A stretch of DNA of 62,864 bases, filler included, from Choristocarpus tenellus KU-1152 (lineage: Eukaryota; Protista; Phaeophyceae): the NCBI GenBank assembly GCA_964200185.2. It is 11 parts of 11 records of this genome, joined end to end, with 100 filler letters (N's around TTAATTAATTAA, not from the genome) between each part and the next. Parts side by side here need not be neighbours in the genome. Positions count along the whole stretch, not along the records: positions 6,937 to 15,324 come from CAXNAD020004778.1; positions 15,425 to 19,459 come from CAXNAD020016563.1; positions 19,560 to 28,463 come from CAXNAD020004208.1; 8 more parts are not named here. The stretch is one strand, 5' to 3'. Made by a program: the position numbers and the translations under genes. Below, piece by piece: positions 12,464 through 24,388 of this stretch. Position 1 is the first letter of the stretch. Each line of letters starts with the position of its first letter. A model generated the notes under the pieces. That model did not search any database and had not been told where the DNA came from. It saw nothing but the letters and a program-made list of their open reading frames with translations.

Positions 12464-14645
12464 TCAGAATGCGTACATACCAGAACCTCTACTTGTGTTG
12501 GTTCCCTTTGGGTGCATGATCTTTTCAATGTTCTTCTCCACCATATCCCCAGCAATCAACAAGCCATTTCGTGCTTTGAGAAGGGAATGATGAAGGCTGA
12601 TGTATTCATTTGTATCAATGTCCACAATCTGTAATGCATAGTCAGGAGAGTAGGAGGCGGATTTACTCGATTCCTCTTCTGAGGTGGATGACGACTGCTT
12701 CGACACGTCCCCATCCTGCCCGGCCAGTACAGAACATGACGGCAAGAATGCATTAACAGGAGGTGCGGGTAGGTGGGAAGGGGCTTGGTGGGTCAACCAA
12801 ACCAAAACTCAAGCAAAGGGAGTAGTTGCAGAGTTGGGGGAGGGGAGGAGTGATGCACTCAAGTATAGAATTCTGTATAAATTCCAAGTGATTCGATAGG
12901 TTCTTGTATTAATGGGGATCTAGTCTTTATATTGCAGTTACATACAAGTCATCATAGAAAACTGACTGGAGGTCTGATAGTAGACAGTCTCTTAAGCAGC
13001 AAGCTTAACTAAACCATACTTATCTGAAGAATACAAAGTTGTGGTCATCAAACAAAATCGAAAAGTCTACTGGTGATGATAACATCCAATGCTCAATTCA
13101 ACCAAGCCTTTTACTTTTCCATCCCAGTTTCAAAGTTGACCATTAGGAGAGGATTTTTGCGTGTGAAAGGTAGCAAAAAAACCCCACCACTGACAAAATT
13201 ATGACTTAATTTTCAAGGATATCATTTTACTTTGAGAAAGTGCATCTTTGGGATGTTGTTGGCTATTAATATATCTTCACTATGTACTCTTCTGAAATAT
13301 CTTCTCTTCACTTTGGAGCAAACAACATGATTACACTATCACGGATACAAAGTGTTGGTGATAGGTAGTGCAATGAAAAATTGAAATAGGCGACTAGTCT
13401 GAGATGGCTCATTTGGCATCACCTTTCCTCCCTTCTCTGAGGAAGAGGACTTAGAAGTCTTGGTCTCCTTGGATGTGGTCTTAGCAATCTTGCTCCAAGC
13501 ACCCGCTCGCTTCTCATGGTATTCAGGAAGCGCCCTCATATCCTTGAGAAGATCATCATATTGTTCCGATACCACTTTAAGCACATCCCCCTGAACAGCT
13601 ACCCCAAAGTTGTTTCCATCCTCAATTTTTGGCACCTTCAACGAAATCCAGGTCATGAGGGATTTCAAGATCTTCAACGCTTCTGCTGTCTCATCCCTGT
13701 GCAAGTAATATGGTTTGGGGTGGCAATAGCTTTGAAAAGATACATGGATGATGGAGGCGGCAATGGGTGGCGTCGTTGCAGGTGGAACCTGGGGGGACTG
13801 GATGAAAGAGTTCATCAGATTCACAATTGTCAGAACACAGACTTCATTTGAAGCTTGTCATGTGATGATCACGTGGTGTTCCAGATGGGCAAGAACAATG
13901 TTGACGAGGGAGGCGGCAAGAATGATTAGATGCACGACATACTGTCTTTGTGCTTAATCTCTCGCCAAACAAACTGCCCCCCTCAAAACTGCAATGGACA
14001 AACAGAAATCTTTAGGTCGTGTTCAGGAATCATAATTCATCACATTAGATTACCCCCGATACTTGGTCACTTCATAAGGAACAAATCAAGTTCTTCGTGC
14101 GGTATGGAGTGTTCGCACTTTGGATTAGGTTAGATCAAATTAAGAATCACCTCACAGCTGACAACAGCTTGTTCAGGGGGACGTTCTCGGTTGCCACACC
14201 CTGGGAAGCAGCCAGGTCGTCAGAGAATTGCCTGGATTATAGAGAAGAGATTGATGAGTCAGGGTTACACTATGCAGTTCAAACTGAGTACGCATGAGTT
14301 GCAACATTGCAGAGCGGGCGAGAATCTCCCCAACCCAGCCGTTTAGGTGCGGTATGATTTGAGCAAGAAATCAATAGATTCGCAAGGTGTTGGCAAGTTT
14401 GTGGCCAAGAGTTGAACGCGCGCTTCTCCACATTGCACCGAAGCATCACGAAATCGAAACAGGAGATAATGTAAATTTGGAGCGAGACCTGTTCACTCTG
14501 TCGCCATGCCTCACTTTTCATACATCTGCACGCTGTTGTACTGGAAGTCTTTAGCAAGGATACTGTTCATAGTGTGCACCCTTCCCGGCAGCGCATCACG
14601 CGCTGCTTCTCCCTCGGCAATGGCAATACTTGTTAGACCTTCCAT
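12464..14645 (-). CDS. PSME3: Proteasome activator PA28/REG (11S) subunit, 4 coding exons, about 245 aa
   Basis: Exons 14645-14515, 14231-14151, 13696-13423, 12715-12464. All GT-AG and phase-compatible, 738 nt in total. Activation loop WISLKVPKIEDGNNFGVAVQ and C-terminal DMVEKNIEKIMHPK. The symbol indicates family similarity, not proven orthology. Confidence 0.9.
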
Positions 14646-15324
14646 TATGGCTATCCTGTATCCACTCTGATCACCTCTAAGACTTGCGACACTAGAGATT
14701 TTGTGCTGATTCTGATCTCTATAGAACTCGCAATCAAATTAGGATCCCTTCCACCTTGCTTGGCGTGTTTGATCAAGTAGATGATATGTAGTTGTTGTAG
14801 TAGTGGTAGTGTATCCCTATTATTGTGAAAAAAAAATCTTTCCTATTGTGATACACATGGGAAAAGGGCGACAGGTTCTTCAGACTGAAGGGGAACAAGA
14901 GGACGCACAGGAGGCAAGAAAATGAAGAGAGACAAGGCAAGAGGGAGAGCAATCCCTCAGAAGATCGCTCAGGAAAGAGTGAACAAGTGAAAAAGTGAAT
15001 GAGGGTGGTTTGCAAGGTCCCCTCAAACTACTCGCTATACTTCAAGCAGATACGTTAACTTCAACATACCAATTGTATTTTTGAAATCGGCTGTTCAAAG
15101 CAGATGTCATATGAACAACAGATAGATCTTCAAATAGGTCACTTTAAATGTATACCTTAGTTGGAAGATGACTCTGACATCACCCCCCCCACCTCTATGT
15201 GGCATGACACATCTATCAAGACAACACAGGTGTCAATGGGAAATGGAGGAAGTGCGTGCAACAGCAGATTTCAAAAATTGAGGATGGAGCTTTTCGTTGA
15301 GGATGAGCTTGACCCAAAATTGAC

Positions 15325-15424
15325 NNNNNNNNNNNNNNNNNNNNNNNNNNNNNNNNNNNNNNNNNNNNTTAATTAATTAANNNNNNNNNNNNNNNNNNNN
15401 NNNNNNNNNNNNNNNNNNNNNNNN
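15325..15424. other. Artificial contig spacer
   Basis: Same 100-bp N/TTAATTAATTAA/N linker. Confidence 0.98.
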
Positions 15425-17916
15425 GGGGTAAGGGTTTGGGTCAGGGTTGGGGAAAGATTTAAAGGTCAGAAAAAAAAATAAGCATGCCCCCGCATGAAAG
15501 CTCTCAACACGGGTAACACAAACATTACAGCTCCATATTTCGTAGTCAAGAAGAGAGGCACAGGTTCAATATCGATTACAGTCCTGCCCTTGATAGATGG
15601 ATAGGTTCCGTTCATTTGGCAATGTGGAGCTTCTTTGTATCATTCTAGTTTTTCCTTTCTTTCTTCCCTCCCCACCCCACACAGCCCCCTCAGCTAGAAA
15701 CATCCACAAGACATCCACGGGTGAGTATATATATATATATATGCATGTAAGACAAAAAATTGGAGTGAAAATATCGCACACCAAGTATCATCACACACTT
15801 GCGAAGCTTGAGCCATGTGAAGCAATGTAACACTCAGAAAAGAAAAAAAAACGCTCTTCAGTTAATTTCTTGGTAAGACTGCATCAGAAGCAAAACTATA
15901 TCTGAATCGCAACCCTCTTGTTCTCACTGGTCATAATACATACAAAACCTGTGAAGGAAAAAATATATAAAATCTTGAAAAATATTGGCAATTGATAATA
16001 GGCATTTGTTTTCCATGCAGCAAGTTTTCGCTATTAAAAATACACTGTATGTTCCACAATCAACCTGTAAAACGCCTTCCCAAGGTCTCACGTACACCTC
16101 GGTCATAAAAAAATACAGAAAAAGCTGTCAGAGTGGCCCTCTACCAAAGCCTCATTCTCATCACCGTCAACATTCAACTGACTGAAGTAAAGGTGTGCAA
16201 AAGAAGAGATCAACAGAACCAGACTCCTCACTCACACGTTTCCTCAACTGGAAAATTCTAGAAACCTGCACCAGCAGGGATCGTTGAATCATCTATCTAA
16301 CCTTAACACTAAGCCTACTACTCATAACGTCAATTTTATTTTTGTTTTTCCGAGCGATAAAGATAATGGACACGATTTGTGATGTAAGCGGTGTGAGATT
16401 CCTTTCTTTTGTTTAATCTCATTTTGTTTTTGTTGGCATATATGTCTTGAAGAAGGATGGGAAGGAAGTATAGGGCATTTTGTTGACAAAAAGGTGTTCT
16501 TTGTAGAACTCTGCAATAGTGCGACTATGAGTAAGATGCTCACCAGATCATAATGGGCACTGGAGGAGGCCACACTTGGTTGAGTAGAGAGTACTGCTCC
16601 GTGTCCAGCTCGCCTCAGCGCCCTCACTCCAGCCACTGCAACTGTTTTCACTCCACCAGTCCGTCGACTGCTTTGGATTTGTTCATTGTCACCCGTTGTT
16701 GAGGAACAACCGGTCACGGGATTATGGTGCCATGTCATGGGGTATCAAGGGGTGGGGCAGGGACTGGTAGGGTGAGGGGGTAGAAAAGAGAGCATCCTTC
16801 TTGTACCTTGAGGTAGATCTGTGTACTGCGTGGTTCCCGTTTTACTTGCAGGTCAAATCGCGAGGATAAGTTCGAGCCCCAGGAGGGTGGTAAGCGAGGC
16901 AGGGCGCCCACAATAGTTGGCGCAGAGTGGGGGAAGTCATATGTCTGTGTGCAAGATACAATAGAACTTATTCACCAATATGTAAATGGAAAGAGAATCA
17001 GTCATAAATACCATAAGATAATACAATGTCCGCATAAGTTAAGTGGGATGGAGCAACATGAAGTCAGCATTTGGTACAAGAGACGAGTAAACAGAATCCG
17101 GTTAGGGTGACAGTTAGCCGGAGGCGAAGGTCAACTATCGCGAAGCATCCAGTGAGAAGTCAGAAATGTTCTTTGTCTTCGTTTAGGTGCGAGGAAAATG
17201 CTATCCACGATAATCAGAAGATCATTGTATACTTGTGGTGGGCATGACTCGATGAAGAGAGCACGCTGAAAGTGTTGAAAAAAGAGAAGCACCTGTTTCC
17301 AAAGAAAAAAATTCGATTTACTGGTCCCCTGAAAGTTACTTATCAGCTTGACAAGGTCTGATTCTAAATGAGCGGGAAGTGAGAGTCGTGCGTCGGCATG
17401 TCCGGAAATTGCAAATCAATGAGAGTGTATAATTAACTTACCAGCGAAGTAACATTCCTGTCCTGCAAGGAATACGAAAAGCACAAGACCAGAAGATTCA
17501 AACTTCAGCGAATTATACTCTCGTGCCTATTTCTCCTTGCCTACCTCCAATCCTCAATATTTGTCTGAACTAACCAGTCACAACCCTCAACCCTGCTACA
17601 ACTTACACCAAACCGAAACGGCAGAAGTGTCAATGAAGGTTAGGACTGGACATTAGAGAAAAGAAAGATACAGAAATGAAATATAGTATTTTAGATACGA
17701 TATGGTGCAAGCTTTTCACCTTTCCAACGATAAACCCGTCACTCCATATCCCTAACCCCTTAACTGGAGCAAGATAAATTGTGTGGCTCTCATTACCTAC
17801 AAAGACTGAACGAAGTTTTTCCCGCCCAAATATCACACATCCTCCAAGAACACAGGCGCACATAACTTTCATCCCTACCCTCGAGAAATCGGCACAACTC
17901 CACTCAAGGTACAACC

Positions 17917-18669
17917 ATGAGCTACTACAATGACCAAGGTAGCTCGGGGGGTGGTGGTTCTTGGGGAAGGGACAGTGGCGGTGGAGGTGGCGGGGTAGGG
18001 TATGGTGGAGGGGTTGGTTATGGTGGAGGATATGGAGGCGGTGGAGGATATGGAGGTGGTGGAGGATATGGAGGCGGTGGAGGATATCGAGGCGGTGGGG
18101 GCTACAACAAGAGGCCTGGAGACTGGGAGTGCCCCAGCTGTGGAAACAACTGCTTTGCCAGTCGCAGCGAATGCAACCGCTGCCAGACTGCCAAGCCTGA
18201 AGGGGGCGGCGGTGAGTACGGAGGTGGAGGTGGTGGCTATGGTAGAGGAGGTTACGGCGGTGGTGGAGGTTACAGTGGTGGTGGAGGGTATGGTGGCGGT
18301 GGAGGTGGTGGCCGTGGTTTTAACAGGAGGCCCGGTGACTGGGACTGCCCTAGTTGCGGAAACCACTGCTTCGCCAGCCGTATTGAGTGCAACCGCTGCC
18401 AGACTCCCAAGCCCGATGGAGGTGGGGGAGGAGGTGGCTATGAAGTTGGAGGTCGTAGTGGTGGGTACGGTGGAGGTGGTGGGTACGGTGGGGGCGGGTA
18501 CAATGGAGGCGGTGGAGGCGGTGGAGGCGGTGGAGTCGGTGGAGGCGGCTACCAGCGGCGCCCCGGAGACTGGGACTGCCCAGGCTGTGGCTACAATTGC
18601 TTCGCCAGCCGCATTGAGTGTAACCGGTGCCACACGCCCAAGCCTGTGAGTGGAGCTGGCGGTTATTAA
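17917..18669 (+). CDS. Gly/Tyr-rich RNA-binding protein with three RanBP2-type zinc fingers
   Basis: Three RPGDWxCPxCGxxCFASRxECNRC motifs separated by GGGGY repeats. Single ORF from ATG (context ACCATGA) to TAA. Confidence 0.93.
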   Translation: MSYYNDQGSSGGGGSWGRDSGGGGGGVGYGGGVGYGGGYGGGGGYGGGGGYGGGGGYRGGGGYNKRPGDWECPSCGNNCFASRSECNRCQTAKPEGGGGEYGGGGGGYGRGGYGGGGGYSGGGGYGGGGGGGRGFNRRPGDWDCPSCGNHCFASRIECNRCQTPKPDGGGGGGGYEVGGRSGGYGGGGGYGGGGYNGGGGGGGGGGVGGGGYQRRPGDWDCPGCGYNCFASRIECNRCHTPKPVSGAGGY

Positions 18670-19459
18670 ACGCATAAGGAACGAACTCCGCCTTTTGATG
18701 GCTCAGCTTCTCTCGCTGAAAAGAACGCACGTCGATCCAACAAGGGGTAAGAGTATACGGTGGGACTGACAAACCCCTTATCGTATAATTGGATGTTAGT
18801 TGGAGATGTGTAGATTGGGGGTCGGAGCGTTCGGACTTCAATCAGATGTTGCCTGATCTCGGAGAGTGTACGGTTATTCATGATAGGAAAGGCATGCGGT
18901 AGGGGAATATAAGGGTGAAAGAGGAAGATTCTATGGCGTTGTGGGTTGGGCTTAGACAGTTCTCGATCCACCTGATCACGACTGGAAAAAGGGGTGGATA
19001 ATGAGTAAGGTTATCTATGGGGAAGCTCGTTTGTTTCCAAGCTACTGTGCAGATATAGTGATGAGTGCTATGAGATAGAGAGGAGCTGGGCCTGTAGAAT
19101 GTTTTTGTGGGATTGGACAGGTGGTAGTAGGACTCAGCAATATGCATGGGGGGGGGATTCTTTTGCTGGAAGTGTATGGGGGTCAAGGGGGTGTGATCCT
19201 GCTGGGTTCTCAGCCCTTTCCTTTCCCCCCTTGCAGATTGTTGTTTTGTTTTGTTGTGGTAAGAGATTATTAGCTGTGGAATGAGTTAGGAACGGTGGTA
19301 TAGTTTCAGAACACAAGAGGAGAGGTTTGGTGATGGTATCGGGGAAGGAGAGGTTTGGATGCGGTTATTTTTGTGGTTTCATCCATCTGGTCATATATGT
19401 CACACAGTGGAATGGTGCTCGCATGGTACTACAGGTGGTTATTGGTGAGGGGGTGGGGG

Positions 19460-19559
19460 NNNNNNNNNNNNNNNNNNNNNNNNNNNNNNNNNNNNNNNNN
19501 NNNTTAATTAATTAANNNNNNNNNNNNNNNNNNNNNNNNNNNNNNNNNNNNNNNNNNNN
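19460..19559. other. Artificial contig spacer
   Basis: Same linker. Confidence 0.98.
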
Positions 19560-19814
19560 GCCATGGTGGTGATCATTGGGTCTCGTCTTGAGATTCCTCT
19601 TTCTACCACTCACTGCCAGGTCGGTGCCACCACTGGTGTTGCACTGCTAGAGGGTACAGGTGGCATCAATGCCAATGTTCTTGGCAAGGCTATCTTTGGT
19701 TGGATCATTACCATTATTGTGTGTGGCCTTACCACGTCTGTTTTGTTTGCTCAGGGTGCCTATGCTCCTTATGTCTTTGACACCATTGAACTGGTTGAGG
19801 AGTCGTCCTCTTAA
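19560..19814 (+). CDS. PiT/PHO4-family phosphate transporter, C-terminal fragment
   Basis: GSRLEIPLSTTHCQVGATTGV signature and final helix IFGWIITII. 5' part lost at contig edge. Confidence 0.92.
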   Translation, partial: AMVVIIGSRLEIPLSTTHCQVGATTGVALLEGTGGINANVLGKAIFGWIITIIVCGLTTSVLFAQGAYAPYVFDTIELVEESSS

Positions 19815-22800
19815 GGATTTGCTGAGTTCATAATTTTGTTGTGATAGGACTGCTTTTTTTATGAATGCGAAATAGACACTTTTTGGGTGATATCGTTATA
19901 TTGTGAGCTCTTTGACTGGCATATTGTTTTTGGGAAGATTTTATTTATACTTTTTTGAGAACCTCACCTAAATTAATGCCATTAGTTTTTTTGTCACAAT
20001 TTTGTACACCATGATTGACAGTTCTGAGCGATGAACTTTGTTACATGTTTTGGCGTTATTTTTGATTTTGTTAAAATTATCAAATCATTTAATTGATTTA
20101 CTGTGTAACAGTCGATTGTATAATTTTGGTTGGAATATATCTATTGCCGGACAATATAACTTCCACGGGTAGATTTTAATGTACTCTATGCAGCATATGT
20201 GGAAACTGTTTCTTCTCGTACACAATGTAAAGACCCTACGTGTGGAGCTTGAATATGTGTTGCAGCACGAACGAAATTTGCTTCTCCTATGTTTTTAATG
20301 TCGTGTGTAACTGACCTATTTGAGGTATCGCTGTAGTATAATGTCTTGAATTTGGATCTTTCGTGTTAAGTTGACGATGCAGTTGAAGATAGCTTAAATC
20401 CTTTTTGTATCCTTCATATTAAAAGCTTTTCTGATTGGCAAACTGCTTCCATATCCTATCTTCTAGCGCTTCTTGCTCATGTCAAGAAGTGCGTTTCAAG
20501 TGATAAGGTTGGCATGGTGTTGTGGGCATGTGGATGAGCTTGTGAAGACTTTTAATAGGCCTATGGGGATGTTTTTCGCTCTGAAGGAATGTTGGTATGT
20601 ACAGGGTTTATTTAACAAGGCCAGAAACCATTGGTTGAAATATAGGTTATAGAGAAGAGACATCTCAAGCACAAAAGAGAAAACGATATGGTTGCAAGGT
20701 TGCAGTGTGAAGCGCAGACCTCTCTGAGCTATCTTTGTGTGTCCAACTGGATCGAAGACACAGAACACAAGTGGTGTTGAGGGTTTTCAGGGAAAGCCAT
20801 AAACCGTCAAGCTTGGAGGGTCACTGGGGCCATAAATAAGGAAAAAGGAATTCCTTGGAAGGAGCCAAAAATGGAAGGTAGGACATTTTGAGTGTTTCTG
20901 TTATTGGAATGTAACCTGTGCTGCCGTAAGGCACCTTTTTGCTACAGAGTGTTGATAAAAGCAATCTCTGAAGAAATGGGAGGCCAGAATATAAGGTGGT
21001 GACACAGGTTATGTTGTGCACAATACGATAACCATTTTATGGACTAAGAATAGCCCTAAGCGACGACACAACCAATGCAATAGACCAGATACATGGTTGT
21101 TTTTGGAAGTGCTTTAAAGTAGAAAGGCGAAAGAAAACTTAGACAGACGAACAGAAATCAATCAAGGGGAAGACCAATTTTCCATCCACTTTTACACTGC
21201 CGTGACCCTACAGAACTATTCTTTGGGCAGCCCATAAAAGTCTCTACCCCTCTTTTAGGAGAAATAAGTGCATCTCATGTCTTCGTAACATCAACATTCA
21301 GTCCCAGCAATTGTGTAAAACAGGGCTCAGTGGCTTCTTGGTTTACAGCAATGTCGTCTATGGTCAATATATGCAGCAGGCTAATAATGAGAATGCCAGT
21401 CGGGCTCGGGATGGTATCATCAGCTCAGTCAGGTATTTATTTGTTGTTTTTGTGGCAAGTAGTATGTTTTCAGTTTTTCATAGACTTATCAAACAACTGA
21501 TTCAAGGCACAGAGAGAGAGAGACGAAGAAGGGATTGTTATCCATTTGTTGTGTGTGTTTCGAAATATTTGATGGAATTCAGATCACCTTTTGTCATCTG
21601 AAATCCCTTGCGCACGAATGCCAACATTTCTTCTCCAACTATGAATTTCGGAATAATGGGTTGATGAGGAAGTGTTAAGGCTATGCACGAATTTGCTTAC
21701 TCTAATAATGATACGATGTTTGGTGACATATTTCAGATCATACAATAAAAAAGGAGCACAATATACAACAATGTGTAATACGCTAAAAAATACAAATTAT
21801 ATGAATGAATGGATGTTTATATAGTAATAATGAGTATTATGTTAATTGACTTTTAGAGGCAGGACAACTCACGCGAAGTAGTGGGAATAGATGAACACCT
21901 TGTCTGCCCCCCCCACCATCCAGTCTCATAAAGAAGTACGCAGTACCTAGAAAGTACCACAGAGCGATCTGTAGGGCTACGAACCATGACACAGTCGATA
22001 TTTCCTGGCTCCCTTTCTTGTGTTCAATGCAAACTTGGGGTAACTATGCATGGACAGGAATCTCGGCATGCTGCGCGCATTTCAAAATGTCACGCGAGAC
22101 GATACTTCCCACACTACCGTTAAAATCTTGACTACATTACTATACACCCCCATCCATCCCAAACAAGTAGGGAGACATGGTGTCCAAGAACGTCCTGTGT
22201 AAAACCCCTTTCAAACATACGAGATTGCTTACGTAATCGTGTTGGACCTGAACATAGTGTCTCTCATCCACTTTTCTTCAAACCGCTTGTACCGTGCCCT
22301 CCCCATGGAGTTGTACATATTGCCGTTCACTGGTGGTGATGACAATAGGCTGATCGGTTGTTCCCTCATCCCATAACCACGACCAACCTCGGTTCTAGAA
22401 GGATTTTGAACCCAATCTCATGCTCTTCCTGCTTCTACGCAGCTTGCTGTCTCTTCTTCTGTCCCTGGAGTGCATCTCGAACCATTATGCACTTATTTCC
22501 TTTCCACCATCTCTTTTACCTATAGGATGCCTTCCGCAACTTCTCCAGGAACATATGTGGCTGTACTCCTGTCATCAGGATTTGTTGGCTTTGTACCCCA
22601 CGCTGTATGTGAGTCTGCTGAGATCATTGCTGTTGACAGTATAGACTTTCCCCTGACAATACTATCCTCACTGACACAGAGAATGTGAACTGGGTTCCTT
22701 GCTAAAACTTAGCATCGACACGGTTTCTACGTCTAAGGTCTCCTGACAAGACAACAAGAGGAGTTGCACTGAGGATTTGCTGGTTGGACTCAGCAGTAAA

Positions 22801-24388
22801 CCTCTGGTATTATCCTCGTAGGTATCGTCGAGGCCGTTATGACATTGGTGGAGGAACTCAGGGATAAGAGATGAATGATACCAAGATTTTTTTTCATGTC
22901 GTTGTTGCTGGGGGATTATTCTCGTTCTGGTGGACTGAAGTGAGGGCAGGATAGACAAATACATCTATACGTAGATGTATATATACTCTCCGGGTATGTT
23001 GCAACATTAGTAGAACAGAGCAAAATTATGTGGTACAGAAAAGTAACTATCTTTGTCATTAACTAAATTGAAGAAAGTCTATTTTGAGGTCACTGGAATA
23101 TAGAATGCAACCCACCACTCATTATGAAACATGTGAACATGTGTATGTAGATCATGACTTGAGTTTTGAGGAACGTATCTGTGAGCACTACTACATTGGA
23201 GAATGGAGTCGCCTATTAAGTACTGAGGAAAAACGTCTCACTGGTTTGCAGTCAGTCATGATGCTGGGAGACAACAATTTATAATAGTTTGTGGTGTTGG
23301 TGCAACAGGTATAAGAATGTTTGGAAACATACTACTACTACAGTGTTGCCTAACCATACGACATTCATTATTTAGTCCAGATATTTAGGAATATTTTCAT
23401 CGCTAATTCTTGTGGAGGCAACAATTGTTTCTAACAGTTGTGATTCCACCCTTTATCACCTCTGTCCAATTTATACTGGGCACGAACATCAAGATCAACA
23501 ACTTGTTCAGAACAAGAGAATCAACGTTACAAAAAATGTTAAGTCCCGGTGAGAAATCATCCACAAACCTTACATAATTGGTTGGTGAGGGGTTCCCAGG
23601 GAGAGAGCAGATGGTCCTGCCAAGAGCCTGATGCTTTCAACCTATGTTTCATCTGCAGTAACAGTGGAAAGCTCTTCATGTCGAACACATCTTGCGATTC
23701 TCGCAAAGATCTGAGGAAAATATCAAGGAACATAGGTATTAATATCCCTCTGAACGATAAAATGTAGAAAGTTGAAAAGCGCTAATGGCGCTTCTGCTTC
23801 ATCTCCCCAAAAGACCTATCCATGTATGTTGGTCGCTACGAATTGAGGGGCAAAGCTTAATACACTACCGTTTTACCTTGGGTCGCAAGCAAAAGTAACT
23901 GTTCATCATGGCAAGACATACGGATTCTTTCCCTCTCTTTTATGGTACCACCCCCAAATCGTGCTTTTCACAGAGTCACAATTTAGCACGAACATTCACT
24001 AATGTGCGCTAACAGTGAGGGTACAAGGACGTATCAGACCAATTCCTCTCATAAACCTATTCTATTCTTTTCCTCGAATGTACCTCTTCAGGATAAAAAT
24101 GCCTTGTGATAATCGATCACAGGCATGGACTGTGTGCTCTCCACCACGCTAGACACAGCAGTCACACACACATGTAACGAAAAATCTTAATGCCATCTCC
24201 GTCTCCAGCCATTACTGCCTCAATCCACATTCTACCTACCCAAATCAAAAACGGTACAGTCTGTCCCAACCTGCCCCTCCAAGCACCCATCTAATGGGCA
24301 CACAGTACCATTAGTAACCAGCACCACTAGCTAACATCACTCGGTAATGATGTGCTAATCACCAGGCACATCCTGCCTCCCTGTTGAA

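Noticed and set aside
16540-16740. Mitochondrial flavoprotein N-terminus ending in HYDL
   Set aside because: No following exon with the GxGxxG motif could be found.
17875-18841. Overlapping alternative-frame and antisense ORFs
   Set aside because: Shadows of the stop-poor Gly-codon repeats of the zinc-finger gene.
20700-21150. LINE RT remnant on the plus strand
   Set aside because: Only loose resemblance, with no YADD or other diagnostic motif.
21890-23290. Possible exons or pseudogene
   Set aside because: Splice-like sites exist but the frames contain stops and no family is recognisable.
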